Part shown: positions 26,418 through 36,958 of the stretch, piece after piece
How positions within the stretch are numbered: position 1 is the first letter of the stretch
Layout of the letters: every line of letters starts with the position of its first letter
Assembly: GCA_045591115.1 (NCBI GenBank)
Contig: JAZNSH010000065.1
Coordinates: forward strand, 12,322 to 76,321
Origin: Clostridia bacterium
Lineage (GTDB): Bacteria; Bacillota; Clostridia; Christensenellales; QALW01
DNA length: 64,000 bases
Direction of reading: 5' to 3'
Program-made: the position numbers and the translations under genes
The notes under the pieces: generated by a model
Told to the model about the DNA's origin: nothing
Databases searched by the model: none
The model's input: the letters and a program-made list of their open reading frames with translations, nothing else

Positions 26418-28847
26418 ATGCCAATAGCGTTAAAAGCAAAAAAGAAAATATCGCAGATAGATTTTGAGCAAGTCAGTGCTTTGGCATCTGAACTTCAGTG
26501 CGATAATCTCTTTGCGCAGATTCTTTATAATCGTGGCTTGGATAATAAAGAAGCGTGCTTTGAATTTTTGTATCCTTCCGAAAAAGATTTGAATGATCCT
26601 TTTTCGATGCTCAATATGGATGCTCTTGTAAAAAGGATTTTTACTGCGAAAGAAAAAAATGAGAAGATAACCGTTTACGGGGACTATGATGTTGACGGTA
26701 TTTCAGCAACCGCAATTCTTACAAGTGCCCTTGAAAGGCTCGGAATCGAAGCTTCGTTTTATATTCCTGATAGGCACACTGAGGGTTATGGTCTCAATGA
26801 AAATGCATTGAACGGCATTTTTGAAAATGGTTGCGACCTGGTTATTACCGTTGACTGCGGAATTGCATCCGTTGAACTTATAAAAAGTCAGATGGATATG
26901 GGCAGGGAAATAATTGTTACCGATCACCATACCATTGGACAAAGCTTGCCTGAGTGTCTTGTGATCAAGCCCGGTCAGCCGGGAGATAATTATAAAAATA
27001 CAGATCTTTGCGGTGCAGGAATAGCCTTTAAAATTGCAGAGGCACTTTTAGGTGAAGATGCGCAAGATTTTATTGATTATGCCGCAGTTGCAACCGTTGC
27101 TGATGTCGTTCCCCTTAAAGGTGAAAACAGATTTTTGGTTAAAAAAGGTCTTGAAAAGCTTAATTCATCGCCCCGTCAATGCTTTAAGGCACTTCTTGAA
27201 AGTGCTGAGTTTTCAGGAACAGTAACTTCACAGACTGTAGGTTTTGTTATTGCACCGCGCCTTAATGCGGCAGGCAGAATGGAAAGTGCAAAAAAAGCCT
27301 TTGAGTTATTAAAGGCAACGGGGGATAAAGCAAAAGAGATTGCGGCAGTTCTTTCCGAATATAACCTTAAGCGTCAGGATTCCGAAAAGAAAATACTTGA
27401 AAATGCGGAAAATCAGATAAAGGAAAAACGCCTCATCCAAAGAGGAAAGGTTCTTGTTTTGGCAGGCAAGGGCTGGGATGACGGTGTTATCGGCATTTGT
27501 GCATCACGTCTTTGCGAAAAGTATAGGCGTCCTACAATAATGTTCACCGTTGATGAAAACGGAATATGCAAGGGCTCAGGCAGAAGCATTGATGGCATTG
27601 ATCTTTATGAAATGCTCAAATATGCATCTGATATATTGATGCAGTTCGGCGGTCATAAGATGGCGGCGGGAATGAGCGTAAGGGAAGAAAGGCTTGAAGA
27701 GCTTATTCAGCGTTTTAATGAATACCTTGAAGGTTTCAATCAGGTATTGTTCTATCCCGTTGAAGCCTATGATGCCAAGGCAAAAATAAGAGATATAACA
27801 GTTGATTTCTGCAAGAGATTAGAGATGCTTCAGCCTTGCGGATGCGATAATCCTGAGGTAACATTAAGAATAGATAATTGCCTTGCCGGCGGAATGAGAA
27901 AAATCGGTGCATTGAAGAACCATCTTAAAATGTATCTTCAGGATGATACCTCAAAGGCTGATGCCGTTGCATTTAACTTTGAAAAGCATAACTGTGATTA
28001 CTTTAATCTTCAGCAGGGCACTGCAATTATCAGACCTGAAATAAATTCTTGGCAGAACGTTGAAAGCGTAAGCCTCAAACTATCTGATTTTAAGGAGAAC
28101 GAGAACGTTAAGCCGGGGCAAAAGGCTGAAGAATTGACGGCAACGTTTTATGAAAGACTTGCAATTCCCAAATCAAACAAAGCACACGTTGAGATAATTG
28201 ATGATGTTGATGAGCTTCATTATATGATCTCAGAATGGTGCGATGATGATATTTCAGGCACTCTTATTCTGTGTGATCATCCTGAGTATGCAAAGGGATG
28301 CGTTAAAATGCTTGAAAATGAAGCGCCAAGATGTGATATTTCAATGAGCGTGCCTTTAAATGTAAATTGTGGTTATAACTCCCTTGTGATAGGAGCGGAA
28401 ATTGAAAAAATAGATTTTACGCCCTTTAAACGGGTAATAATATATGATATGCTTAATTCAGGCTTTGCAGATAGCATATTTGAAAAAGCACCTTGGCTTG
28501 AAATTTACGGCTTAAAGAATTCTTTTGAGCTTTTTGATGCAATTTTTGAAGAATATAAGCAAATAAGCAGGGAAAATATGATGCTTGCATACCGCGCAAT
28601 ATGTCAAAATGAAGGAATTTTTGAAAGTTCCAAGTCTTTTTTGAAAGTTATTGCCGAGAAAAAGCAGATCCCGATGCCCATAACAATGGCAGCGCTTGAG
28701 GTTTTTAAGGAGCTTCAGTTTATAAACGTTGCTTACGGCAGTGAATTTAAGATTACGGTTAACCGTCAGGCACAAAAGCGTACTCTTGAAGAAAGCCGTT
28801 ATTATATTAATTTATTAAAATGCGTAACAAACAGGAATAAAATATGA
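26418..28847 (+). CDS. recJ: Single-stranded-DNA-specific exonuclease RecJ
   Basis: DHH motifs VYGDYDVDGISA, ITVDCGI and VTDHH, plus DHHA1 GGHKMAAG. It is the long Firmicutes-type form with a C-terminal extension. Confidence 0.92.
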   Translation: MPIALKAKKKISQIDFEQVSALASELQCDNLFAQILYNRGLDNKEACFEFLYPSEKDLNDPFSMLNMDALVKRIFTAKEKNEKITVYGDYDVDGISATAILTSALERLGIEASFYIPDRHTEGYGLNENALNGIFENGCDLVITVDCGIASVELIKSQMDMGREIIVTDHHTIGQSLPECLVIKPGQPGDNYKNTDLCGAGIAFKIAEALLGEDAQDFIDYAAVATVADVVPLKGENRFLVKKGLEKLNSSPRQCFKALLESAEFSGTVTSQTVGFVIAPRLNAAGRMESAKKAFELLKATGDKAKEIAAVLSEYNLKRQDSEKKILENAENQIKEKRLIQRGKVLVLAGKGWDDGVIGICASRLCEKYRRPTIMFTVDENGICKGSGRSIDGIDLYEMLKYASDILMQFGGHKMAAGMSVREERLEELIQRFNEYLEGFNQVLFYPVEAYDAKAKIRDITVDFCKRLEMLQPCGCDNPEVTLRIDNCLAGGMRKIGALKNHLKMYLQDDTSKADAVAFNFEKHNCDYFNLQQGTAIIRPEINSWQNVESVSLKLSDFKENENVKPGQKAEELTATFYERLAIPKSNKAHVEIIDDVDELHYMISEWCDDDISGTLILCDHPEYAKGCVKMLENEAPRCDISMSVPLNVNCGYNSLVIGAEIEKIDFTPFKRVIIYDMLNSGFADSIFEKAPWLEIYGLKNSFELFDAIFEEYKQISRENMMLAYRAICQNEGIFESSKSFLKVIAEKKQIPMPITMAALEVFKELQFINVAYGSEFKITVNRQAQKRTLEESRYYINLLKCVTNRNKI

Positions 28848-30979
28848 TAGAAAAGATCATTGAACAGTATTCTGCAGAAGATGCAGAGAAAATCAGAGCC
28901 GCTCATACTCTTGCAAAAGAGGCTCACGGCAATCAGATGCGCGAATCAGGTGAGCCGTATATAACTCACCCTGAGCACGTTGCCGAGATTCTTGCAGATA
29001 TGAATATGGATGCTGAAGCCGTTTGCGCAGCACTTTTGCACGATGTTGTTGAAGATACTGAGCATACCCAAGAGGAAATTACCGAAAAATTCGGTAGCGG
29101 TGTAAGCGAGATAGTTCGCGGTGTTACAAAACTTAATAAAATTCAGTTTGCTTCCAAGGAGGAAGCTCAGGCAGAAAACTTGCGAAAGATGTTTCTGGCT
29201 ATGGCACACGATATAAGAGTTATCCTTGTAAAGCTTGCCGACAGACTTCACAATATGCAAACACTTTCTTCCTGCGAAGAATCAAAACAGCGCCGTATCG
29301 CTAAGGAGACGCTGGATATTTATGCGCCTTTAGCTAACCGTTTAGGTATCTATCAGATAAAATGGCGCCTTGAGGATCTTTGCCTTAAGTACCTTGAGCC
29401 TGAAGCATATAATTATATTCAGGGCGCAATAAACGAGGGCAGAGACGAGCGTGAGCAGGTTATTGATGAAATTATTGCAATAATCAACAAAAAGCTTGTT
29501 GAAAACACTATTCCTGCCAAGGTCTATGGCAGACCTAAGCACTATTACAGTGTTTATAAGAAAATGCGCCAGCAGGCAAGCGATAATTTAGATAATATTT
29601 ACGATCTGTCTGCAGTGCGTATAATCGTTACTGATGTCAGATATTGTTACGAAGCATTGGGCATAATGCACAGTGAATTTATTCCTATGCCGGGAAGATT
29701 CAAGGATTACATTGCTATGCCCAAAGCAAATATGTATCAGTCACTTCATACAACCGTTATCGGCAAAAACGGCAAGCCCTTTGAAATTCAGATCCGTACT
29801 GAGGAAATGCATAACACCGCTGAATACGGTGTTGCCGCTCACTGGAAATATAAAGAGGGTGGCGGAGATATTACAAGCGGTGAGGAAAAGTTAAGCTGGC
29901 TCAGAAGAATGATGGATCTTGAGCACGAGGCCAAGGACAGCGCAGAGTTTCTTGACGCTGTTAAAACCGAGCTTTTTAACGATGAAGTTTTCGTGTTTAC
30001 GCCAAAGGGTGACGTTAAAGGGCTGCCTATGGGCGCAACACCTCTGGATTTTGCATATGCAGTTCACTCATCCATCGGTCACAGATGTATCGGTGCAAAG
30101 ATCAACGGCAGAATAGTTAACATTGATACTAAGCTTAAAAACGGTGATATTATTGAAATTCTTACCGCATCGGCAACTGCAGGCCACGGCCCCAGCCGAG
30201 ATTGGCTCAATATCGTTCACACCAACGAAGCAAAATCAAAGATAAAAGCGTGGTTCAAAAAGGAGCTTCGAGAGGAGAATATTGAAAAAGGCAAGGATAT
30301 GCTCATTGCCGAAGCCAAGCGCCAAGGCTATCAATGGCCGTCACTTACGAAGCCTGAATGGCTTGATCCCTTAATTAAAAAGTATAAGATCCAGTCAATG
30401 GAAGATCTTTATGCTTCGGTAGGCTATGGCGGATTAAGAGTTCATCAGATTCTTCCAAGGCTTGTTGAAGAATATAAAAAGGCCAATGCAACGGTGCTTA
30501 CTGAAGAAAAGCCTAAGCAGGAAAAGAAAAAAGAGCACTCAAATAACGGTGTTATCGTAAAGGGCGAAAGCAATATGCTTGTGCGCTTTGCAAAATGCTG
30601 TGCACCTGTTCCGGGGGATGATATAGTAGGATATATCACCCGAGGCAGAGGTGTTTCCGTTCACCGCAGAGATTGCAGTAATTTAGGTGGTTTTGAGCAC
30701 GAAAGAGAAATTGAGGTCAAGTGGGATCTTGAGGCTGATACCAATTACGTTGCCAATGTCCAGATACACTCTTACGATCGTTCAGGTCTTATTCTTGAGC
30801 TTTCAAACTGCATTTATACGAATAAATCAGATATTGCATCATTAAATATTTCAACAAAAGAAGGAACGGGAACTATTACCATTGGCATCAGAATTTCCTC
30901 AGCTCAGCAGCTTGATGCAATAATGCGTGATATTAAAAAAATACAAGGTATATACGAAGTATACCGTTTGAATAATTAG
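28844..30979 (+). CDS. relA: Bifunctional (p)ppGpp synthetase/hydrolase Rel
   Basis: HD domain HDVVEDT, a synthetase core ([10 protein letters not shown]) and TGS and ACT-like C-terminal regions. ATGA overlap with recJ. Confidence 0.93.
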   Translation: MIEKIIEQYSAEDAEKIRAAHTLAKEAHGNQMRESGEPYITHPEHVAEILADMNMDAEAVCAALLHDVVEDTEHTQEEITEKFGSGVSEIVRGVTKLNKIQFASKEEAQAENLRKMFLAMAHDIRVILVKLADRLHNMQTLSSCEESKQRRIAKETLDIYAPLANRLGIYQIKWRLEDLCLKYLEPEAYNYIQGAINEGRDEREQVIDEIIAIINKKLVENTIPAKVYGRPKHYYSVYKKMRQQASDNLDNIYDLSAVRIIVTDVRYCYEALGIMHSEFIPMPGRFKDYIAMPKANMYQSLHTTVIGKNGKPFEIQIRTEEMHNTAEYGVAAHWKYKEGGGDITSGEEKLSWLRRMMDLEHEAKDSAEFLDAVKTELFNDEVFVFTPKGDVKGLPMGATPLDFAYAVHSSIGHRCIGAKINGRIVNIDTKLKNGDIIEILTASATAGHGPSRDWLNIVHTNEAKSKIKAWFKKELREENIEKGKDMLIAEAKRQGYQWPSLTKPEWLDPLIKKYKIQSMEDLYASVGYGGLRVHQILPRLVEEYKKANATVLTEEKPKQEKKKEHSNNGVIVKGESNMLVRFAKCCAPVPGDDIVGYITRGRGVSVHRRDCSNLGGFEHEREIEVKWDLEADTNYVANVQIHSYDRSGLILELSNCIYTNKSDIASLNISTKEGTGTITIGIRISSAQQLDAIMRDIKKIQGIYEVYRLNN

Positions 30980-30987
30980 GAGCTTTT

Positions 30988-31437
30988 ATGCGCGGAGTTT
31001 TACAGCGTGTTAAAAACGCATCCGTCACCGTTGACGGTGAACTTATCTCATCCATAGAAACGGGAATACTTATTTTAATAGGTGTAACCGATACAGATAC
31101 TGAAGCAGATGCCTCATATATTGCCGAAAAAACGGTAAATGCCCGAATCTTTGAGGATAGTGAAGGAAAGATGAACCTTTCACTTCTTGATGTTGGTGGA
31201 GAAGTGCTTGCCGTTTCACAGTTTACTCTTTACGGTGATGCACGAAAGGGCAGAAGACCTTCCTTTGTCAGAGCGGCAAAGGGCGAGATTTCTGAGCCCT
31301 TATATGAGCTTACTTGCAAAAAAATGGAAGAAATGGGCGTAAAGGTTAAAAAAGGAATTTTCGGTGCCGATATGAAGGTTGAGCTTTTAAATGATGGCCC
31401 CGTAACCATTCTATTGGAAAGTGACAGGAGTTTTTAA
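30988..31437 (+). CDS. dtd: D-aminoacyl-tRNA deacylase
   Basis: [17 protein letters not shown] and NDGPVT motifs, 149 aa. Confidence 0.93.
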   Translation: MRGVLQRVKNASVTVDGELISSIETGILILIGVTDTDTEADASYIAEKTVNARIFEDSEGKMNLSLLDVGGEVLAVSQFTLYGDARKGRRPSFVRAAKGEISEPLYELTCKKMEEMGVKVKKGIFGADMKVELLNDGPVTILLESDRSF

Positions 31438-32043
31438 GTGGAAATAACAAAAGTAGTTGTAGGCGAGCTTCAGGTAAATTGCTATATCGTGTCAAATGGT
31501 TCTGACGCAGTTGTAATAGATCCGGGCGATGATTATGAAGATGTAATAAAGGCTGCCCAGGGTAAAAAAATTAAGGCAATATTGCTCACTCACGGTCATT
31601 TTGATCACACGGGCGCAGTTAAAAGATTACAGAAGGATGGGGCAGAGGTGTATATTTCAAAAAACGAAGAATATATGCTCTCCGATAGCTATTCCTGCCT
31701 TTCAGCACCATTTGGCTTTCCCTTTAACGAGATAAAGGCCGATCATACCTTTGATGATGGTGACGTTTTAACCCTTTGCGGATTGACCTTTAAGGTTATT
31801 CTTACACCCGGTCACACAACGGGAAGCGTATGCTTCTTAGCTGAAGATATCCTCTTTTCCGGTGATACGCTTTTTTCAGGAAGCATCGGCAGAACTGATT
31901 TTCCCGGTGGGGATTTTGAGGTAATATCAAAAAGCATAAGAGAAAAGCTGTACACTTTAAATGAAAATATAAAGGTTTATGCAGGTCACGGTGAAGAAAC
32001 CACCATAGGCCAAGAAAAAATGTTCAATCCCTTTGTGAGGTAA
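31438..32043 (+). CDS. MBL-fold metallo-hydrolase (glyoxalase II-like)
   Basis: THGHFDHTG metal motif, 201 aa. GTG start after CAGGAG. Confidence 0.8.
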   Translation: MEITKVVVGELQVNCYIVSNGSDAVVIDPGDDYEDVIKAAQGKKIKAILLTHGHFDHTGAVKRLQKDGAEVYISKNEEYMLSDSYSCLSAPFGFPFNEIKADHTFDDGDVLTLCGLTFKVILTPGHTTGSVCFLAEDILFSGDTLFSGSIGRTDFPGGDFEVISKSIREKLYTLNENIKVYAGHGEETTIGQEKMFNPFVR

Positions 32044-32044
32044 T

Positions 32045-33445
32045 ATGAAGCTTAAAACCAACGTTCCTGAGTTTTATAACGATATATCCGAAAGCATCCG
32101 TGCTTTTATGGCTGTTGACGTTATTGAACTTGCTGATGAAGGAGACGCATCTCTTTTTGAGAGCATTGAAGATAATAGAATTATAGCAAAGGCCGAGTTT
32201 AACGGTTTTTTGGGTGAATACTCAGAGCAAATTGATGCTGATGATGAAATATCCTTAAAGCGAATAAAAAAGCACGCATCGAAGCTTGCAATGTATGATG
32301 CCTTGAAAAAAGCAACTGGCAGAAATCTGCCTTGGGGATCATTAACGGGCATCCGTCCCACAAAGCTTCTCCGTGATAACGGTGGAAACGTTGAGCTCTT
32401 AAATAAAAAATACGATCTTCCCATTGAAAAGGGAAAGCTTCTTGAAAGAATAATAAAAAATCAATCTGATTTTTTTGTGTCCCAAAAGGACGAGCTTGAT
32501 ATTTACATAGGCATCCCATTCTGTAAAACACGTTGCACCTATTGTTCCTTTTCTTCAACCGATTCCACAAAGGGTGAAAAGCTGATGATACCCTACGTTG
32601 ATGCTCTTATTAAGGAGATAGAGGATACCTCTGAGCTTTTAAAATCGCTTAACAAGCGTGTTCGTTGTTTATATATCGGCGGAGGCACTCCAACAGCGTT
32701 AACTGAAGAATTATTCGATAAAATGCTCAAATGCGCAACTATGCATTTTAAGCCTTATATGGAGTTTACCGTTGAAGCGGGCAGACCTGATACCATAACT
32801 GAACGAAAGCTTCTTGCAATGAAAGAGGCAGGGGTAGAAAGAATAAGCATCAACCCACAAAGTATGAATGCCGAAACGTTAAAAAAGATTGGCAGAAGCC
32901 ATAGTCCCGAAGAAATAGAAGAATGTTTTTCTTTAGCACGAAAGATTGGATTTAAAACGATAAATGCCGATTTAATTGCGGGCTTACCTGATGAAACACC
33001 TGAAATGTTTTTCTATACACTAAAAAGAGTTCTTTCCTTAGATGCAGAAAATATAACGGTGCATACTCTTGCGCTTAAGCGCGGTTCAAAAATGTTTGAA
33101 GAAAACTCCGCCACTGCAAAGGTTGAGGACGTGCAGGAAATGGTAGAGGGCGCACAAAGAATTCTTATTGAAAAAGGTTACGAGCCATATTATCTTTACC
33201 GTCAAAAATATATGACGGGCAACTTTGAAAATATCGGATACACCAAGAAAAAACATACGGGTGTCTATAACATTGATATTATGGAGGAAACCACCGATAT
33301 AATTGCCTTAGGCTGTGGTGCGGTTTCCAAAAGAATATTTGGCGATAGGTTAGAGCGTGCCTTTAATTTCAAAAGCATTTATGAATATATTGCACGAATT
33401 GATGAAGCAAATTACCGTAAAATTCAGTTATTTTCATCAATTTAA
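32045..33445 (+). CDS. hemZ: Radical SAM HemN/HemZ-family protein (coproporphyrinogen dehydrogenase-like)
   Basis: CKTRCTYCSF is a CxxxCxxC cluster motif, preceded by an N-terminal domain of about 150 aa as in HemZ. Confidence 0.7.
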   Translation: MKLKTNVPEFYNDISESIRAFMAVDVIELADEGDASLFESIEDNRIIAKAEFNGFLGEYSEQIDADDEISLKRIKKHASKLAMYDALKKATGRNLPWGSLTGIRPTKLLRDNGGNVELLNKKYDLPIEKGKLLERIIKNQSDFFVSQKDELDIYIGIPFCKTRCTYCSFSSTDSTKGEKLMIPYVDALIKEIEDTSELLKSLNKRVRCLYIGGGTPTALTEELFDKMLKCATMHFKPYMEFTVEAGRPDTITERKLLAMKEAGVERISINPQSMNAETLKKIGRSHSPEEIEECFSLARKIGFKTINADLIAGLPDETPEMFFYTLKRVLSLDAENITVHTLALKRGSKMFEENSATAKVEDVQEMVEGAQRILIEKGYEPYYLYRQKYMTGNFENIGYTKKKHTGVYNIDIMEETTDIIALGCGAVSKRIFGDRLERAFNFKSIYEYIARIDEANYRKIQLFSSI

Positions 33446-33473
33446 TTGACACAAACCAAAAAACAAATATAAT
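33446..33473 (+). promoter_or_regulatory. Sigma-A-like promoter for hisS-aspS
   Basis: TTGACA, 16 nt, TATAAT. It lies 31 nt upstream of the hisS ATG. Confidence 0.55.
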
Positions 33474-33504
33474 TTATATAGATTAATTTTTTAGGAGAGA
33501 AAAT

Positions 33505-34755
33505 ATGCTTACACAAGCACCTAAGGGTACTAAAGACGTTACCCCCTTTGAAGCCTATAAATGGCATTATGTAGAAGGAATTATGAAAGAAATTGCCCGT
33601 GTAAACGGTTACCGTGAGGTTCGCACACCGGGCTTTGAGCATACTGAGCTTTTCCTTCGTGGCGTTGGCGATACTACTGACGTTGTTCAGAAGGAAATGT
33701 ACACCTTTAATGATAAAGGTGACAGAAGCATCACTCTAAAGCCTGAGGGTACTGCAGGTGCCGCCCGTTCATTTATTGAGCACGGTATGTTTAACGATGC
33801 GCTTCCCTTAAAAATGTTTTATTTTACACCTGTTTACCGCTATGAAAAGCCTCAGAGCGGAAGGCTTCGCGAGCACCATCAGTTCGGTATTGAAGTCTTT
33901 GGCGGAAGCGAAGCAACTTTGGATGCCGAAGTTATTATGCTTGGTTTCTCGGTGCTTAAAAAGTGCGGACTTCAAGGCTTAAGCCTTAATATCAACAATA
34001 TCGGCTGTCCTCATTGCCGTGAAAAATATAATCAGGCATTAAAGGAATATTTTTCCGATAAAAAGCTTTGCGAAACCTGCAAGAGCAGATTAGAACGCAA
34101 TCCTATGCGTATTCTTGATTGTAAGGATGTTGATTGCGGAAGAGATGCTGATAATGCTCCCGTAATTCTTGATTATATCTGCGATGAGTGTCGCGATCAC
34201 TTTGAGATGCTTAAGAAGATCTTAGGCGAAATGGAGATTCCCTTTAAGGTTAATCCCCGCATTGTTCGCGGTCTTGATTATTACACCAAAACAGTTTTTG
34301 AGATCATTGCAACTGTTGATGGAAGCGATCTTACCGTTTGCGGTGGTGGCAGATATGATGGCTTGGTTCGTCAGCTTGGTGATAAGGATATCTGCGGTAT
34401 TGGCTTTGGTATGGGAATTGAGCGTTTGCTTATTCTTTTAGAGGAACAGAATCTTATCCCCGAAAAGCCTGAGCTTTTTAAGGTTTACGTTGTATCCGGT
34501 GCATCCGATGAAGAACGTATTGCCGCCTTTAAGCTTGTGCAGGAATTACGCAATAACGGCATTTCAGCAGAAGGCGATCACAATAAGCGTTCCTTTAAGG
34601 CACAGTTCAAGTATGCAGGCAAGCTTGACGTTAAGTATACCGTTGTAATCGGTTCAAACGAGCTTGAAACGGGTAAATATGTTCTTAAGGATATGTCCAC
34701 GGGCGAGCAGAAAGAGCTTGCACCTGAAGAAATCATAAATGTTTTAAGAGGTTAA
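33505..34755 (+). CDS. hisS: Histidine--tRNA ligase
   Basis: Class II motifs YRYEKPQSGRLREHHQFGIE and GGGRYDGL. Confidence 0.95.
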   Translation: MLTQAPKGTKDVTPFEAYKWHYVEGIMKEIARVNGYREVRTPGFEHTELFLRGVGDTTDVVQKEMYTFNDKGDRSITLKPEGTAGAARSFIEHGMFNDALPLKMFYFTPVYRYEKPQSGRLREHHQFGIEVFGGSEATLDAEVIMLGFSVLKKCGLQGLSLNINNIGCPHCREKYNQALKEYFSDKKLCETCKSRLERNPMRILDCKDVDCGRDADNAPVILDYICDECRDHFEMLKKILGEMEIPFKVNPRIVRGLDYYTKTVFEIIATVDGSDLTVCGGGRYDGLVRQLGDKDICGIGFGMGIERLLILLEEQNLIPEKPELFKVYVVSGASDEERIAAFKLVQELRNNGISAEGDHNKRSFKAQFKYAGKLDVKYTVVIGSNELETGKYVLKDMSTGEQKELAPEEIINVLRG

Positions 34756-34759
34756 TAAT

Positions 34760-36550
34760 ATGGCTGAAGTTTTAAACGGATTAAAAAGAACAATAATGTG
34801 CGGTGAATTAACAAGCGCACATATCGGCACAAGCCAGACGGTTATGGGCTGGGTTCAGCGCCGTCGCGATCTTGGCGGACTTGTATTTATGTGGCTTCGT
34901 GACAGAAGCGGTATCGTTCAGGCAGTATGGGACGGCACAAAAAATAAGGAGCTTTTTGACAGCATCCAACACGTTAGAAGTGAGTTTGTTCTTGCGGTTA
35001 CCGGTACGGTTATTGCCCGTACACCTGAAAACGTAAATAAAGAGCTTAAAACAGGTGAAATTGAAATAGAGGTAACGGAGGTTAAGATCCTTTCCGAATC
35101 CGCAGTTACACCCTTTGAGGTTAATGACGGCGTTTCCGTAAACGAGGCACTTCGCTTTAAATACCGTTATCTTGATCTTCGCAGACCTTCAATGCAGCAT
35201 AACTTTATTATGCGCTCTCGTGTTGCAAGCGCAACAAGAAACTATCTTACCGATAACGGATTTTTAGAGATCGAAACTCCTATGCTTACAAAGAGCACTC
35301 CTGAAGGTGCAAGAGACTATCTTGTTCCCTCACGTGTTCAACCGGGAACCTTCTTTGCACTTCCTCAGTCACCTCAGCTTTTCAAACAGCTTTTAATGGT
35401 TTCAGGCTTTGACCGTTACTTCCAGATCGCACGTTGCTTCCGTGATGAGGACCTTCGTGCTGACCGTCAGCCTGAATTCACACAGATCGATATGGAGCTT
35501 TCCTTTGTTGAGGAAAATGACGTTATGACTATGACCGAGGGCCTCTTAAAGAAGGTTTTCAAGGAAACTCTTGATGTTGACGTTAAGCTTCCCATCCGCC
35601 GTATGAAATACTGTGATGCAATGGAAAATTACGGTTCAGATAAGCCTGACCTCCGCTTCGGTATGGAATTAAAGAATATTTCTTCCTTAGTTGAAAACTG
35701 CGAGTTCTCGGTATTTACCGATGCTATCAAGAACGGCGGCAGCGTTCGTGCAATTTTAGCCAAAAACTGCGCTGATAAGTTCTCAAGAAAGGATATTGAT
35801 TCTCTTCAGGAGTACATTAAAACCTACCGTGCTAAAGGTCTTGTTTGGATCATCAAGAACGAAGAAGGCTACAGAACAAGCGTAAATAAGTTCTTTACAA
35901 AAGAGCAGTTTGATGAGATTGCCGAGTTTATGGGTGCTGAAAACGGTGATATTATCTTCGCAGTTGCCGATAAAAATAACGTTGTATTCGATTCATTAGG
36001 TCAGCTTCGTCAGGAGATCGCAAGAAGATTAAATCTTATCCCCGAAAACTCCTTTGAGTTCGTTTGGGTAACGGAGTTCCCCCTCTTAGAGTATTCCGAG
36101 GAAGAGGACCGTTACGTTGCAGTTCACCATCCCTTTACTTCGCCTATGGATGAAGACCTTCCAATTCTTGAATCCGATCCCGGAAAGGTTCGTGCAAAGG
36201 CTTACGATATCGTACTTAACGGTTACGAGCTTGGCGGCGGAAGTATCAGAATCCATTCTTCCGAAATTCAGAACAGAATGTTCAATCTTCTTGGCTTTAA
36301 GGATGAGGATATCGAAGACCGTTTCGGTTTCCTTGTTGAAGCATTTAAGTATGGTGCACCTCCTCACGGCGGACTTGCTTTAGGCTTTGACCGTTTAGTT
36401 ATGCTCCTTGCAGGCGCAGATAATATTAAGGACGTTATTGCATTCCCCAAAATGCAGAATGCATCCTGCCTCCTTACCGGCGCTCCCGATGTTGTTGAAC
36501 AAAAACAGATGGATGAATTGTTTATTCAATCCACCGTTGAAAAGGAATAA
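34760..36550 (+). CDS. aspS: Aspartate--tRNA ligase
   Basis: FFALPQSPQLFKQLLM, FRDEDLRADRQPEFTQID, GGGSIRIH and PPHGGLALGFDRL. Confidence 0.95.
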   Translation: MAEVLNGLKRTIMCGELTSAHIGTSQTVMGWVQRRRDLGGLVFMWLRDRSGIVQAVWDGTKNKELFDSIQHVRSEFVLAVTGTVIARTPENVNKELKTGEIEIEVTEVKILSESAVTPFEVNDGVSVNEALRFKYRYLDLRRPSMQHNFIMRSRVASATRNYLTDNGFLEIETPMLTKSTPEGARDYLVPSRVQPGTFFALPQSPQLFKQLLMVSGFDRYFQIARCFRDEDLRADRQPEFTQIDMELSFVEENDVMTMTEGLLKKVFKETLDVDVKLPIRRMKYCDAMENYGSDKPDLRFGMELKNISSLVENCEFSVFTDAIKNGGSVRAILAKNCADKFSRKDIDSLQEYIKTYRAKGLVWIIKNEEGYRTSVNKFFTKEQFDEIAEFMGAENGDIIFAVADKNNVVFDSLGQLRQEIARRLNLIPENSFEFVWVTEFPLLEYSEEEDRYVAVHHPFTSPMDEDLPILESDPGKVRAKAYDIVLNGYELGGGSIRIHSSEIQNRMFNLLGFKDEDIEDRFGFLVEAFKYGAPPHGGLALGFDRLVMLLAGADNIKDVIAFPKMQNASCLLTGAPDVVEQKQMDELFIQSTVEKE

Positions 36551-36556
36551 AAAATT

Positions 36557-36591
36557 AGGTGCTGACAAAATCAGCACCTTTTAATTTTCTG
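36557..36591. terminator. Bidirectional terminator (aspS / XRE gene), left copy of a duplicated terminator
   Basis: A 9-bp stem (aggtgctga/tcagcacct) with loop caaaa, then TTTTAATTTTCTG. An A-run upstream serves the minus strand. Confidence 0.8.
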
Positions 36592-36820
36592 CATTTTTAG
36601 TTTCAATTTCAATCATTTCAACGAGCTTGTGGGGCGGAATCTCCAAAGCACAAGCAATTTTCCATATGGTTTCAAAATTAGGTTGTTTAGTGCCTAATTC
36701 GATCATTGCAAGATGACTTCTGGCAATACACGCAAACCCACTTAAAACCTCCTGCGAGAGGTTTTTTTCTTTTCTTAATTTTTTTATTACTTTGCCTGCC
36801 GAATACTTATTAAATTCCAT
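36581..36820 (-). CDS. XRE-family helix-turn-helix transcriptional regulator (79 aa)
   Basis: HTH_3 pattern LRKEKNLSQEVLSGFACIARSHLAMIELGTKQP. ATG at 36820 lies 6 nt after GAGGGTG. Confidence 0.85.
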   Translation of the reverse strand: MEFNKYSAGKVIKKLRKEKNLSQEVLSGFACIARSHLAMIELGTKQPNFETIWKIACALEIPPHKLVEMIEIETKNAEN

Positions 36821-36866
36821 TTTTATCACCCTCATATTTAGGATAACAAAAAATAGATAAAATATA

Positions 36867-36912
36867 GTCTACGATAATAGACAAAATATAAAATGTATGC
36901 TATAATAGACAA
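36867..36912. promoter_or_regulatory. Candidate operator sites in the divergent XRE / zinc-ribbon promoter region
   Basis: Inverted repeat GTCTA-N6-TAGAC at 36867-36882. The 11-nt direct repeat ATAATAGACAA occurs at 36874-36884 and 36902-36912, overlapping the -35 (TAGACA) and -10 (TGCTATAAT) of the plus-strand promoter. Confidence 0.5.
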
Positions 36913-36958
36913 GAAATGACAAAATCATTTCATAAAAAATTAGATGGAGGGTAAGAAA

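Noticed and set aside
33446-33504. An expected T-box leader upstream of hisS-aspS.
   Set aside because: Only 59 nt separate the hemZ-like stop from the hisS start. That space is filled by a promoter and an RBS, with no specifier hairpin or T-box sequence, so no riboswitch is called.
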